Shown here piece after piece: positions 63,660-64,000 of a DNA stretch of 64,000 nt; position 1 is the stretch's first letter; each line of letters opens with the position of its first letter. The DNA lies in NCBI RefSeq assembly GCF_006345805.1, contig NC_043000.1, positions 115,940,001 to 116,004,000 of the forward strand. Reading direction: 5' to 3'. This stretch comes from Octopus sinensis. Lineage: Eukaryota. Under the pieces are notes generated by a model. That model saw only the letters and a list, made by a program, of their open reading frames with translations, was not told where the DNA came from and did no database searches. A program made the position numbers and the translations under genes.

Positions 63660-64000
63660 AGGCCAAGTTTTAGGGGGAAGGAGATAATCAATTTCATCGA
63701 CCCCAGTAGGTGACTGGTATTTATTATATTATTCAGAAATGATGAAAGGTAAAATCAATCTTCGCAGAATTTGAACTCAGACCGTAAAGAAGCGGTAGCT
63801 ATGTCGTTCAGAATTTTGTCCGACGCGCTAACGATTCACCCAGGTTACTTGATTTATCGACCCCGGAAGGATGATAGGGAAAGTTGACCTCGGCGGAATT
63901 TAAACTCAGAACGTAGCGACAGACGAAATACCTATTTCTTTACTACCCACAAGGGGCTAAACACAAAGAGAACAAACAAGGACAGACAAACAGATTAAGT
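63660..64000 (-). mobile_element. SINE family A units (run off window end)
   Basis: Two core modules, the first more diverged. Confidence 0.8.

Overview
Eukaryotic, AT-rich, microsatellite-saturated intergenic or intronic DNA with no recognisable host exon. The repeat families suggest an octopus/coleoid cephalopod genome (inference; no database search run). Almost all ORFs in the track are translations of microsatellites or repeats. Main contents: (1) a near-homogeneous 546-bp tandem array, about 14.2 copies, at 8878-16635; (2) retroelement relics, namely a Penelope-like RT fragment and two R4/Dong-type RLE LINE fragments embedded in (AAT)n; (3) Tc1/mariner relics, including a long-TIR IR/DR Tc1, a DD37D maT-type element and MITE-like derivatives; (4) at least four tRNA-derived SINE families, here labelled A-D, with family A often in head-to-tail arrays of about 184 bp; (5) several families of hammerhead-ribozyme (HHR) motifs with palindromic stem III. 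The best candidates for an undescribed system are a TA-flanked 1.67-mer of a 439-bp unit carrying two identical HHRs (37493-38225, retrozyme/circRNA-like) and a tRNA-head + (AAT)n + HHR-tail element. One copy of the latter has had its internal (AAT)n hit by two (AAT)n-associated insertions. All RNA folds were done by eye.
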